Below, in pieces: positions 37,110-49,300 of a stretch of 64,000 nucleotides of DNA. The number at the start of each line of letters is the position of its first letter. Position 1 is the stretch's first letter. The stretch is from NCBI GenBank assembly GCA_043228905.1, contig JBHGNT010000002.1, forward strand, positions 11,718,001-11,782,000, read 5' to 3'. Made by a program: the position numbers and the translations under genes. Below the pieces are notes generated by a model. That model made no database searches, had not been told where the DNA came from, and saw nothing but the letters and a program-made list of their open reading frames with translations. This DNA comes from Azolla caroliniana (lineage: Eukaryota; Plantae; Polypodiophyta).

Positions 37110-38996
37110 CTAAGGATGGTAGCCGGAGGAGAGGTTGCAAGAGACCTTGAGCATCTTGAAGAGATGCTGCCAAAATTTGGAGACAAATTGCGATCCTCGG
37201 TCACTGATGATACTGTCTGGGAGGCCATGATGCCGAAATACCTCACGCATGACTAGGGCAGCGGTTTCCTCGCTAGTGATGGCCTTAGTACACGGAACAA
37301 AATGTGCCATCTTCGTATATCGATCAACGACGGTTAAGATAGCATCGAACCCCTGCGAGATCGGCAGATCTGTGATAAAATCAAGACAAATAGACTGCCA
37401 CGGCTTACTTGGAATCGGTAAGGGTTCCAACAAGCCATATGGATGGTGTCGTGGCATCTTTGCTCGGCAGCAAGCATCACAGGTCCGAACGTAGTCGTCG
37501 ACAAAACGGCGCATGTGGGGCCACCAAAATGATCGCTGCACTAGCTCCAATGTCTTAGTACTACCGAAATGTCCCGCCGTATGGGTGTCGTGACAATGTT
37601 GGACGATTTGAAGGCGACAGGAGCAATCGGGGACATATACGCGCTTTTTAAAGAATAACAAACCATCATGATATTCGAATTGTCGGTAGTCAATACCTGG
37701 TTGTTGAGACTGAGAACAGGATGCCCGAGAAGTATCAATGTGTGCCAGGATGTCTTGAGCAAAACTATCTGTCTTCAAGTTTGCACGTATGTCATCGGTA
37801 ATCCGTGAATCCATCGGGGTGTGAAAAATCCGCGTCGTGTGCAATCGTGTTGGTCCCAAGATTACTTTCTTTTGATTATCAAATGTTGGATCACCAGGAC
37901 GAGGTGCAAGATATGAACGTCGTGATAGTGCATCTGCTTTTCCTTGCTGCTTCCCCAGTCGATATGTGATTTTGAAGTCGAAATGCGTGAGGAATTGCGC
38001 CCACCGAGCTTGCCGTCGATTTAGTACGCGAGCGTTCTGGAAATAAGCAAGATTTTTATGATCACTAAAGACAATGACCTGATGTGGAGAGACCTCTAAG
38101 AAATGCCGCCATTGCACAAATGAATCCACGATGGCTAATAACTCCTTGTCATGTATTTCGTAGTTGATTTCCGCAACATCAAATTTGCGCGAATGGAAAG
38201 CCGCCGGATGCAACTCTTCTTTATCTCCTTGTTGAGAAAGGATGCTACCGAGGGCGAAATCTGAAGCATCGGCCTCCATGATGAATGGTTTGTTGGTATC
38301 CACATGAGCTAGAATCGGTGCTGATGTAAAGGCTTTCTTAAGATGCCGAAAAGCCATATCTGCTTCGATGGACCAAAGAAATGCTTGGCCCTTCTTCGTA
38401 AGTTGTGTGAGGGGTAAAATAATCTTTGAATAATCTTGTATAAACTTACGGTAGAAGTTAGCAAAACCTAGAAAACATTGTACATCTCGTACCGACCGTG
38501 GAATTTGCCACTCTAGTACAGTTTGGACTTTAGCTGGATCCATGGCGATGCCCTTTGAGGAGATGACGTAGCCTAGAAATTCCACTCGCTTGCAGTCAAA
38601 GTTACATTTTTCTAGCTTGGCATAAAGACCATTCTCGTAGAGTCGCTTTAGTACTAATAGTACATGAGAATCGTGCTCTTGCTGGGTCTTCGAATAAATC
38701 AATAGATCATCCAGATAGATGATCAAACATATATCCAAGAGGTCTCTGAATATATCATTTGCCATGTGTTGGAAAACTGCGGGTGCATTGGTTAAGCCGA
38801 ACGGCATAACAGTATACTCGAAATGCCCATACCGCGTGCGAAAGGCGGTCTTCCATTCATCTCCCGGTCGGATCCGCACGAGGTTATACGCTCCTCGTAG
38901 ATCGATTTTGGTAAAAAACTTGGCACCATTAACTCGCTCTAAAAGACTTGATATAAGAGGAAGTGCATACCTATTCTGGATGGTGACCTTATTCAA
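37110..38996 (-). pseudogene. Pol (RT, RNase H, integrase) of element E
   Basis: YLDDLL, ADASDF and HHCC/DDE motifs; frameshifted at both ends. Confidence 0.92.
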
Positions 38997-41011
38997 TCCG
39001 CGGTAATCAACAACGAGACGAAGTGAGCCATCTTTCTTCTTGACACCATTAACTCGGCCGGAGATTTCGAATGACGGATGAACCCGCTAGCCAAGTTCTC
39101 CTCTATGTAGGCTCGAAGGACTTCTAACTCGGTGGATGACAAGTTGTAAATTGGTCCCCATGGTGGCTCGGTTCCTGGTTGTAAATCGATGGGACAGTCA
39201 TAGGGACGGTGATGAGGAAAGGTACCGGCTTTTACCTTGTCAAATACATCGACATAAGGATGATATTTTGCCGGAAGTTGTACTGAGGGGTCCTTCTTAA
39301 TAGTGCTGGAAGGATGTACTGATATTGCAAATAGGAACATTGCCTCCTTGTGTCCTTCTTCGCGTAATTGATGGAGTGAAATGGTCGAAACTCGGTGAGT
39401 AGATTCTTGGGGTGGTCGATATTAGACTTCTCTTGTTCTCCAATCTATGGCTGGATTATGTAATTCAAACCAAGGTAATCCTAGGACAATGGGTTGCTCT
39501 GGACTACTAATTATATTAAATGATATTACACACACAAAACTACCTAGGACAACTTGAATGGGTTCTGATTCTTCTACAATATTCCCGGAAGCAATGGGAC
39601 GACCATCAATGACTACTACAGATGCAGGACAAGGAAGTTTTCTTAGGGATATCTGAGAAGCTTGGGCAAAATTTCAATCCATGAAACAGGAATTAGCTCC
39701 GGAATCTAAAAGTGCTAGGACGGGTACTGGGAGAGTACTTTTAGTACTAACAATGACTTGGGCTAGGAACACATTGCTAACTTGCTTGGAAGGAATGGAA
39801 CCACTAATGGGTTGTACAGATCTAGGGCTGTTGTCCAACCAAACGGCTCCTATTTTGGCTGGACTCAATCGTTTAACTCTTCATCTAATTGACTCAGGAT
39901 TTCAAATTTGTTTGAGATACTTGGGCTATTAGTACTATGAATACTATCTGACACTCTATTAGTACTATTAATACTATCAGACACTCCGAAGGGAAGAATT
40001 GACTCGGGTTTAGTACAGGCGACGATTTGATTTACCTGTCTTCTTGGCCTATGGGGACAATTGATGGCGATATGCCCTGGTCCACCGCAATAAAGACATA
40101 ATCGATTGGCACGTCGTCGTTGCTTTTCTTCTTCCGATAACGGGTTGCGTCGACGCATGGTATCGATCTCCATCAGTGTCGAAGTATTTGCTTGAGGTAT
40201 GTCTCGTGCAAACGGTTTAGCCGCGACTGCGGCGTAAGTGGGCTCTGGCCTAGAGCGTGGTATCTGTAATTGACGTTCCAAACGCCGTTCGAAGAGGCGG
40301 TTGTCACATCGGACCGCTCAACTGATTGCCTCCGTAAGCGACTTTGGTTCTTCAGGGAAAGTTAGAAGTAGATCTTTGACATCGTTTCGCAGGCCATAGC
40401 GAAACTGCTCCATTAGTGCTTGATCATCCCAGGGTATATCTGAAGCGAGTAGGCAGAAATCCGCTGTCGTGCCTATCGGCTCCGGATCGTTGCGTGAGTC
40501 GGGTGGGAACCACAGAGGTCTTGGACTAGGAGGAAGAAGTTCGTGAGATAGAGATTAATTATGAGTAAATAGCAAAGAGAAAGATAAGAAACTCGTGAAT
40601 CACACGAGTATACTATATTAATTGGTACTTAGGGTGTTAAGAGAGAAGTAGATGTATAAATCGTGAATCCCACGAATAATTTTTGTATTGATTCATACTT
40701 AATCCAAATAATCAACAACCCTTTATATATTTCTCTCCTCCTTATATAAGGAAGGAAGAGCTAAGCATGGCTTCATGCTTTTTTTTACAAAAAGTGTTCA
40801 TGTCCACTAAATGTACATGTGATGCTTTTTTATTTCCTAAGTATAGGGCTCATGCACGCTAGATGTGCATGAGTTATTTTTAGTGTCTCGTGTTTTTTTT
40901 TCTTTTCTTTTTCATATATTAAAAAAATACACGATTTACCTTTTAATAAAGGTATGCATAAATAAAGGTCTTATACGTATTAAATCTATATTTAACACAC
41001 TTAAGATAAGT

Positions 41012-41075
41012 TAATGTAATGGTAAGGTTGGGGTTTGTCAACGTGGAGGTGCAGAGTTCGAATCACGCCCTGCGC
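41012..41075 (+). promoter_or_regulatory. tRNA-like A/B-box cassette in the solo LTR
   Basis: TAATGTAATGGTAAGG-N27-AGTTCGAATC. Confidence 0.55.
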
Positions 41076-41130
41076 AGTAGTGAGTATTTCCTTTGTTTTT
41101 TACATTTATGTCTCTTTATCCGGCTCTTCC

Positions 41131-41245
41131 TTGCCGGTATGCCGTTTTCTTCCTTGCCGGTATGCCGTTTTCCTCCTTGCCGGTCTGCCGTTTTCCTACT
41201 TGCCGGTATGCCGTTTTCCTCCTTGCCGGTATGCCGTTTTCTTTC
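41131..41245. repeat. 23-bp tandem repeat, 5 copies (TTGCCGGTATGCCGTTTTCCTCC)
   Basis: Directly visible inside the solo LTR. Confidence 0.92.
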
Positions 41246-44200
41246 GGTTCTCACCGAGCACTCCATTCTCTATCCGGAGGGACAAAAATATAATTTCCGC
41301 ATAGTGTGCAACCTACACTACGACACCGCAGTGTAGGTAGAGGCTGGACGATTGCCTTGACGCAATCGCCGGATCTTGTTGATTGTCGTCCTGATGCTGT
41401 CGGTGTCTCCAAAGCAGGCTTTAAACTCACTAATAAAATCTTCAAAGTTATTAAGCAAGGGCGATTGTTTTTCTAGAAGCGGGGCAAACCATGCTAAGGT
41501 TGAGCCGCTAAGCAACGTGCCTATTAAGCCGACTCGGGATGCATCAGTGGGATATCGGGAAGGATGCATTTGGAGGACTAATCGTACCTGATTAAGGAAT
41601 CCCCTGAATTGCGATCGCGTTCCATCAAATTTCACAGGAAGTCCAATCTTCGGCTCTTTATGAAATCCTTGGGGACTTGATCCTTGTTGTTGCAATGCCG
41701 CTTCGAGTTGTTGCACCCGTAATGCTAACTCCCCATGTTGTTTCTGCGTTTGTTGTTTTTCTAGAGCGATTTGTTGCAAATCCCCTATCAGCCGTTGGTT
41801 TTCTTGTTCCAAGGCAACAAATTTTTCTTTTAAGCACTGTAGCTCGGAGAAAACGGATTGATATTCTTGGGCGTTAACAATAGCCATAGTATAGGGAAAA
41901 GGGTAGGAGGATGAGGGAGAACGACAAGTAGGTTGGAGGACTGGGAAATCGGTTCAAACTGTCAAGAATAGTACTAAAGCAAAGATGGAATTAGTACTAA
42001 AGAAGAGCAGTACTATTAGTACTAAGAGGACGGGACTACGTAAGACTCCCGAGAGAGAGAGAAAGAGAGAAGCGAAAAGAGAGATAGCGAGAATGAGAGA
42101 GAGAGAAGGATGATGACAGCAGCTCTTATATTATATGAAAGTTAAGTACAAATCGGCTAAGAGGCTTAAGACTGGTGTTGAACCAATTTGGTTCAACATA
42201 ATGCTTAGTGCCTTCTTTTATAGTGTTGTCAGGAGTAATCTTGAAACTTCTAGAATGTTCCAGAGAAATCTGGAATATACATTACTTTCTTATAATAAAA
42301 TATAAATGAAAATAATATCTTATGAATTACAATAGATGGTGTGATGGTTAAGAGCTCGACCCATATACCATAAGGTTATGGGTTCGAGTCTTGCCATATC
42401 ATGACACATAGATCTGATGTTGGTACAAATGGGGGTCCAACCCTCACATATCTTCGTATGACCATGCAAAAACATCCCGGAATTCTTTGAGTAGCTCCAC
42501 CATTGCCGTTTTCTATTCCTATGGCATTTCCTTGCCACTTTTGCTGGTCTCGACGCCTCTCATATCCTGAGGTCGACTTCTTCCAGATTCGATGCATTTA
42601 TTCTTTGGGATACTGCCATTTCCCTCTCCAGTGATTCCTGTGCCTGTCGTAGTTCCCGCACTGCCTCCCTATCCGGCTCATCCAATTCGTCCTCCTGGTG
42701 CATAACGTACGGCGTGACGGCTTCAACAACATCTACTTCAAATAACGACACAATCTTGGGGTGTTGCTCTAGATATCGGTCGACCACGTCATCTGACAAT
42801 CCATCCAGCATGTTAATACTCTCCGCGTATAGCGGTGTTAGCTACTTAGTTGTACCATCCCATTGTTCTGTCGACACCCACACCTTAGTTTTCCCTCGCC
42901 GGAAGGTAATTACGTTCTTTTGCCAGTTTTGCTTAATATGCACTGTTCGAATACATGGTCATCATAATAACAAGGGATAAGCCCCCAATGCGTTAGGTTG
43001 CAGTACCACTGCGGATATTCGGAACGCGTGCCCTCCGATTGTAATGTCAAGGTCCTGGATGAGTCTGGTTCACCGGACCGAACTGGTGTCTGCCCGATTC
43101 CCATTCGTTGATGCCTAGTGTATCACATGTCCGCTTGCTTATTACATTTACATGGGAACCTCCGTCAATAATGGTTCCTGGTATCTCGCTTCCTTTTATT
43201 ATCACCATGATTGTCATACTACTTGTGTCCACTACGGTTGGTCTATCCTCTTGATTGGAAAATAATGTTGGTGTCGACTCCGGATTCTATGGTGTTATTG
43301 CCGATTTAAGGCCTGCTGTAAATTGAGGAACCAATTGTAATAGGTGGCTGAGAGGTAGCATAATTTGGCATTATTGCAACGCTTGCCAGGTTGAGTCGTC
43401 ATCTGTGGTCTCGAGTGGTTCCTCTGGAAACTTGGTCTGCTCTTTTACTTTGGCCATGTTCCGTTCATTGGCCTTCTGTATCCACTTGGTAGCCTGCTTT
43501 CGGATTGCCTCCTAGGTCTCCCACTCTACAGCTTTCCCTTTCGATCGGGTGGTGACTTGTTGTACATCCATGACTTCTGCGGTCACCATGTTCATTGCCG
43601 GTTGTTTCTCATTAGACTTGACCGGGCACTAGCTACTTTTCGGATATTGCTTGATTCCCCTTATTTTGAGCTACCAGGCTGGATATCGGGATTCATCCGG
43701 TTGGTATCTTCCGGCCTTCATTGCTCTGGTTGTGGGACGACCGCGTTTATATCCAGCTCCCAACGGTATTCCTGGGCATGTTCACGATGCTCATCTCGGC
43801 GAAAAATCCCCCTATGATTCTGATTGCATCGGTGATTACGGTATCCCTGGCGTTCCGGTTTTCATCTGTCCTGGTCTATGTAGGCTCGCCGTTCTAGGTA
43901 CCTTCTATCATCCCTTCGCCGATCATAATTCAGGGAGTAATCACACTCGTAGCGATCCCGATCGTAGTTGTCTCTTCGTCTGTCCTCATACCGATCACCA
44001 CATTCTGGTCAATATCATTCATCCCTCCATATATGTTCCTTGTTCGGTCCTTGCTCACTTCGGAGCTCAATATGTCGGACTGGTGCCACTTGCCGATTTA
44101 ACGAATTGTACTCACACTAGTCTATAGTGTGTGACCGGGAGTGGCACAATATGCACTGAGTTTGCATTGTGCATTCTAATGTGGAGTGTCCGGGGTTGAG

Positions 44201-45138
44201 GCATGTGGTGCATTGCACTACCTGGCCGAATCGCAGATCCTCCTCTTTAGGAAGCGCTCGTTCAAGAGTTCCCATCGACATGTAATTATTGTTCTTAACC
44301 ATTTCCAATACACGGTCGATAACTTGATCAATAGGGTTGATCCGGAAATCCAGCATTGCTAGCATTGTCTGACGAGGCTCACGGAACGCAGCCAAAAATA
44401 TTGCTTTCGCCTCATCCTCCGGGGGTGCTCTGGTCAACTAGTTGTGCAGCGTTTGGAAGCGAATGATGAACTGTAGAACCGTCTCATTAGGTTCCTTATA
44501 GGTCGTGTAAAATTGTCCAACCAGCTCCCACTTTTCCACCTATCGATGAAACAGTCGCAAAAAAATTTCCTTCAGGGCATCAAACATAGCAAAGCTACTG
44601 AGAAGATGCTTTGCATGCCACCTCGTTGTTGGTCCTTCCAAGGTCATTCCGAACTCAGTGATTTTTGAACTCTTGACCTCTGCTTTTGTCAATCATTGCG
44701 AGACTGGTTAGCTTCCCATGTCTGTAAGAAGGCATAGACATGTGCCTCTACATCTGGGTCATCCCAGTATTTTAGGTATGGGTACGGCATGGTGTTGTCC
44801 TCTAAAGGTTGTTTTGGGGGTGGTGTCGATACCCGATCATCCTTTTTCTCTGATTGTCGGTCTCGTGGTGGCATCGGTACGCGCTCGTTCTTCTCTTCCG
44901 TTTGTTGGTCCAATGCTGGTGTTGGTACTCGATTGTCCGTCCTCTTGGTTTGTTGGTCCGGATTTCTCTCGTTTTATGGCGATATTGGTAACATCGTGTC
45001 TGATTCTGCTGTCGGCGTGTGCTCTGAACCGTCGTCCTCTGGTTCTTCCGGAGTGTCGTGACTACTTCGGTAGTTTGAAAGGAAGATGTGTTCCCCATCC
45101 AACTCTGATTCAAATGCAGAACATGCTTCCAAGTCCCC

Positions 45139-45840
45139 GATGCCTTTGGCTAGGGTTTGCAGTATCAATTTTGTGTCGCACAAACTGCTCAGATTGCTGC
45201 CTTCGTTGGAATGTCGTTGGTTTTGCAACCGGACCATCTACTCTGTGACCTGTTGAATCTCGTTGGGAAAAGACCGATCCTATCGAATCTCCTCGGCCGC
45301 CTGCTGGTAGGTCTCCCGACTCGGTAGTCTCTCGACTAGTCTTCTCACTCATTCGGTCATTCATCGGCCTAGTCATCCATTCGTCGTTCGCTACACTTTA
45401 TAGGAATTGTGGTCACCAAAATAGTGTTGTAGGTTTTAGGGTTAGGGTAAAGGATGATAATGATAAAAATGGAAACCCTTGATGCCTTTGGCTAGGGTTT
45501 TCAGTATCAATTTTGTGTCGCGCAAACTGCTTAAACTACTGCCTTTCAATTTTGTGTCGTTTCAATGTTGTTGGTTTTACAACTGGACTGTCTCCTCCGC
45601 GACCTGTTGAATCTCTCTGGGAAAAGACCGATCCTATCGGATCTCCTCGGCCGCCTGCTAGTAGGCATCCCGCCTCGGAAGTCTCTCAACTAGTCTTCTC
45701 GCTCGTTCGGTGACTAGGTCATTCGTCGGTTTAGTCAACCATTCCCCGTCGTTCGCTACATTTTACAGGAATCGTGGTCGCCAAAACAGTGTTGTAGGTT
45801 TTAGGGTTAGGGTAAAGGATGATAAGGATAAAGATGGAAA
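45139..45840. repeat. Tandem duplication of about 340-360 bp covering the LTR end, PBS and leader of element H
   Basis: Units start GATGCCTTTGGCTAGGGTTT at 45139 and 45481. Confidence 0.85.
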
Positions 45841-46038
45841 TAGGGTTAACGATGATGATGATAATGAATGTTGATGGGGATGGAGATGATGAGGATTGCG
45901 GGATTGATGGGCGAAGATGTTGATGTGCATTGAGAAGCATTGTAGGGTGGGGGGTGGTGCCTAGAATGGCTCCACCCCCCTCCCCAGGGGGGTTCAAAGT
46001 AAGGAGAGAGAGAGAGAGAGTTGAGAGAGTTGCCCAGA

Positions 46039-46108
46039 TGGATATAGCTCACTTGGTAAGGTTGCCCAATGGAGACCAGGTGGTCATGGGTTCAACCCCT
46101 ACATTCCA
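46039..46108 (+). promoter_or_regulatory. tRNA-like A/B-box cassette in the element H LTR
   Basis: TAGCTCACTTGGTAAGG-N27-GGTTCAACCCC. Confidence 0.6.
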
Positions 46109-46300
46109 CAGTGGCATCTAGTGAATTTTGAGATATATAAGAAGTATATAATAGAGAGGTGAGGAGGTTGGGTTTCGAACCCACAACGCAATGCTTGTAG
46201 TGCTAACAACTTACTTTATCATAAAAAATCAAAATAAAAAACAGAGAGATTGAGAGAGAAATTTTCATTCTTCATTCATTCCCCATAAGGGATTAAATAG

Positions 46301-49300
46301 TGTGAAAGATTGCTTGCAGAAGCGTTAGAAAGAACAATACAGAGAGAGAGAGAGAGCAAGACACACTATTTTTCAAAATTATATGAATACTCTGTGCTCT
46401 ATATCTACAACGTGCTCATCAGCGCTATTTATACAAGTCCACACAGGACTGTTAGAAGTACGGTGTACTTCAATGCTCACACGAGCATCTGAAACTAACT
46501 ACGAGACTATAACTGCCTAGTAGTCTAACCTATACTAGGCTTCCGGTTACGGATTGGATCCGGCATACCGGCTCCCCAGCTCCCCAGCTCACCGGTCCTT
46601 ACTGCTTACCAGCTCAATTGCTCACCGGCATACCAATTCATCTCGCTTACCGGCTCAGGCTTATTCAGCCGATCCAGCTCCGGTTGAGCTTGCCGCTCAA
46701 CACTCCCCCTCAAGCTCAACCTGAGGTAGGGTCATAGTGTCAACCTCTGTGGTAGCCGGTTCTTTCAACCGACTTCTCATGGCATCGCTTTGCCTTGCTC
46801 GCGCTCCTTGTCCGGTCCGGTCCCGTTTGCCGCGACCCCTTTGGTTCTGCGCGCCTCGACCTTCGGCATGTCTACTCAATAGGCCCATCTCAGCTCCTTC
46901 GCTGCTATGACTCCGGCGCTTGCCGATCCGTCGGTTCCACTGCGATGGCATCGACTTCCGCTGCGTCCGTGTCTCCTTGGCCTCTCGTTGATCCGACTCA
47001 TCCAGATCTGTCTGTTGATCTGAATCGGCTGTCTTCGACTCGTTCCAGCTCTTGTCTGAATCGGTATCCTCCGATTCGATTTTCGGCTTTAGGCCTCTCA
47101 CCACATCGGACCATTGATTTTCGGCTTTAGGCCTTCTTCGTGCTTCCCTTGGCTTCTTCGGCCGGTTCACCGAAGTCGAATTCTTCATTCGACTTCGCAT
47201 CATGGCCATTACGATCGTGATGACCTCCGCATAGCATGCACTTCTCTTCCTGAGTGTACACTTCTTCTTCACAGCCGCTTACTCCGACCTGTTTGGATGT
47301 GCCGGATGTGCTGACTTCCTTCATCGACTCGGCTTCATTTTTCTTCTTGTCTCCACCTCTACCGGTTCTTCTCTTACCTACGGGTTCAACAGTTTTTTTG
47401 CCTTTGCCCGTTTCGGTAGTGTCTTTGCCCTTGCGTCTTCCCCTCAAGTGCGGCACGTCGAGATGCTGAACACCAAGCATTTCGGTAAAGTGTTGCAACT
47501 TGCCTGACCCGAGCGGCTTGGTGAAGATGTCGGCAACTTGCCGAACCGTGTGAACATACCGTAGTTCAACTTCACCGCTCAGGACCCGCTCACGCACGAA
47601 GTGATAATGCACTTCTATGTGCTTTGTGCGAGCATGGAACACAAAGTTCTTGGCGAGCTACATGCTGCTGAGGTTATCACAATAGATCGGGATCGGGGTC
47701 GGCACCTCGATCCGCAGGTCTTGCAGTAGTCGCCGAAGCCAAATGGCTTCGCAGGTGGCAACGGTCGCGCCCCGAGGTATTCAGCCTCAGTGCTGGATAG
47801 AGCCACTGTTGGCTGCTTTTTGCTGCTCCACGCAACAGCCACGCTCCCAAGAGAAAACATAAAGCCAGAAGTTGAGCAACGATCTGTTGCATCGTCAGCC
47901 CAGTCGGCATCCGTGTAGCCAACAAGCTCTTCGGTTATACCTTGCCGATATAAGAGCCCCCGGTCCTTAGTGCCGCTTACATACCTCAGTATCCGTTGCG
48001 CGAACTGAAGGTGCTCCACGGTCGGCTTCTACATGAATTGGCTTACCACTCCGACCGGATAGCTAATGTCGGGTCGGGTGATGGTCAAGTAGACCAGGCT
48101 TCCGACTATTTGTCGGAACCGTTTCTCATCGCATGTTGGTCCGAAGTTGGGACGGATCTTCTAATTCCGGTCCAGGGGCGTGGAGACAGGTCGGCATCCC
48201 GTCATGCCGAACCAGCATATTCAACACATAATGGCGTTGAGAAAGCAATATGTTGTTGGGGGTGCGGATCACCTTGATCCCCAAAAAATAATGAAGGTCC
48301 CCCAAGTCCTTCATATCGAATGCGTCCAACAACTGGGACTTGACGCGGTTGATTTCCGGAAGACCTGGGCCGGTGATGACTAAATCATCAACATAGAGTA
48401 AGATACATATTGAACCGTTTGAGCCTTGACAGATGAATAGGGAAGAGTCCGACTTAGAGGCAACAAACCTGTTGGGAGACAGGTCCCTCTGGATGGGAAG
48501 GGAGAAGAACAGTGCCGAAACGGTATGAGGAGTACCCGGCTACGGAGAGCCGGATGATACAGGCCCGGTGTGAACCGAATGAGGAGTACCCGGCTACGGA
48601 GAGCCGGATGGTGCAGGCCCGGTGTGAACCGGATGAGGAGTACCCAGCTACGGAGAGCTGGATGGTGCAGGCCCGGTATGAACCGGAGGAAGAGACATAT
48701 TCGTAAATATGTTTCGGAGAGCCCATCGAGGCTATATTTGTAAATAGCCAAAAAAGTCATATTAGTATAAATATGACTTAGGGCAAACTTTTAAGTGTTG
48801 TTGTCATTTTTCTTGTTGGGGCAAGAAGAAGAGAGAGTGCGTAACTGTACAGAGAGAGAGAGAGAGAGAGACGAGGTTGTTGCCTTTCTTGTAACCGCCG
48901 CCTGTGGCGGAGATCGTGAGCACGAGGTCGTTGCCTCCATGGACTCATTGTTTTTTTTTGTACATTCTTACATAGTGACAGTTTGCAGCCTGTGGGTTGC
49001 CGTGGTTTTTCCCCCAGGTTTGGGGTTTTCCACGTAAACCTCCTGTGTATCTTCCTCTCCTTTGTGTCGTGTTCTATTTCCCGTTTTCTGTGTATGAAAA
49101 GAATCTCGGTTGTGGCCGAGAGTTGCGCATAAGGAACGACAAGTTCCCGTCAAAACCCCATCTTTCGCAACTGGTGCGTGATCTTAGGATTCCAAGCACG
49201 GGGGGCTTGCTTCAAGCCGTACAGCGACTTCCTCAGTCGGCATACCGCCGACTTGTTCACCTCCGACTGAAATCCGAGGGGTTGAGTCATAAAGACTTCT

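Larger units (their letters stand above)
40465..41325 (-). mobile_element. Solo LTR (861 bp) related to the X/J group, inserted in the gag of E
   Basis: Termini TGTCGT...ACGACA. TSD CCGC/CCGC. Shares the GGTCTTGGACT(A/G)GG motif with the X LTR, which gives its orientation. Confidence 0.88.
35844..42406 (-). mobile_element. Element E: full-length Tcn1-like chromovirus (gypsy) with chromodomain
   Basis: 447-bp LTRs at 35844-36290 and 41960-42406. Gag 41318-41887 plus 39865-40464; PR LLDSGANSCF; RT-RNase H-INT 37110-38996; chromodomain EYEVAAILDSK...YYLVDWLGYSPSERTWEP at about 36350-36515. Flanks CATGG/CATAG. Confidence 0.95.

Noticed and set aside
39860-39890. Programmed -1 frameshift at the gag/pol overlap of E
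   Set aside because: Plausible, but no canonical slippery heptamer is visible and the copy has other frameshifts.
41131-41245. CRISPR-like arrays (23-bp, 14-bp and 54-bp repeats)
   Set aside because: The units are head-to-tail with no unique spacers, there are no cas genes, and all lie inside LTRs.
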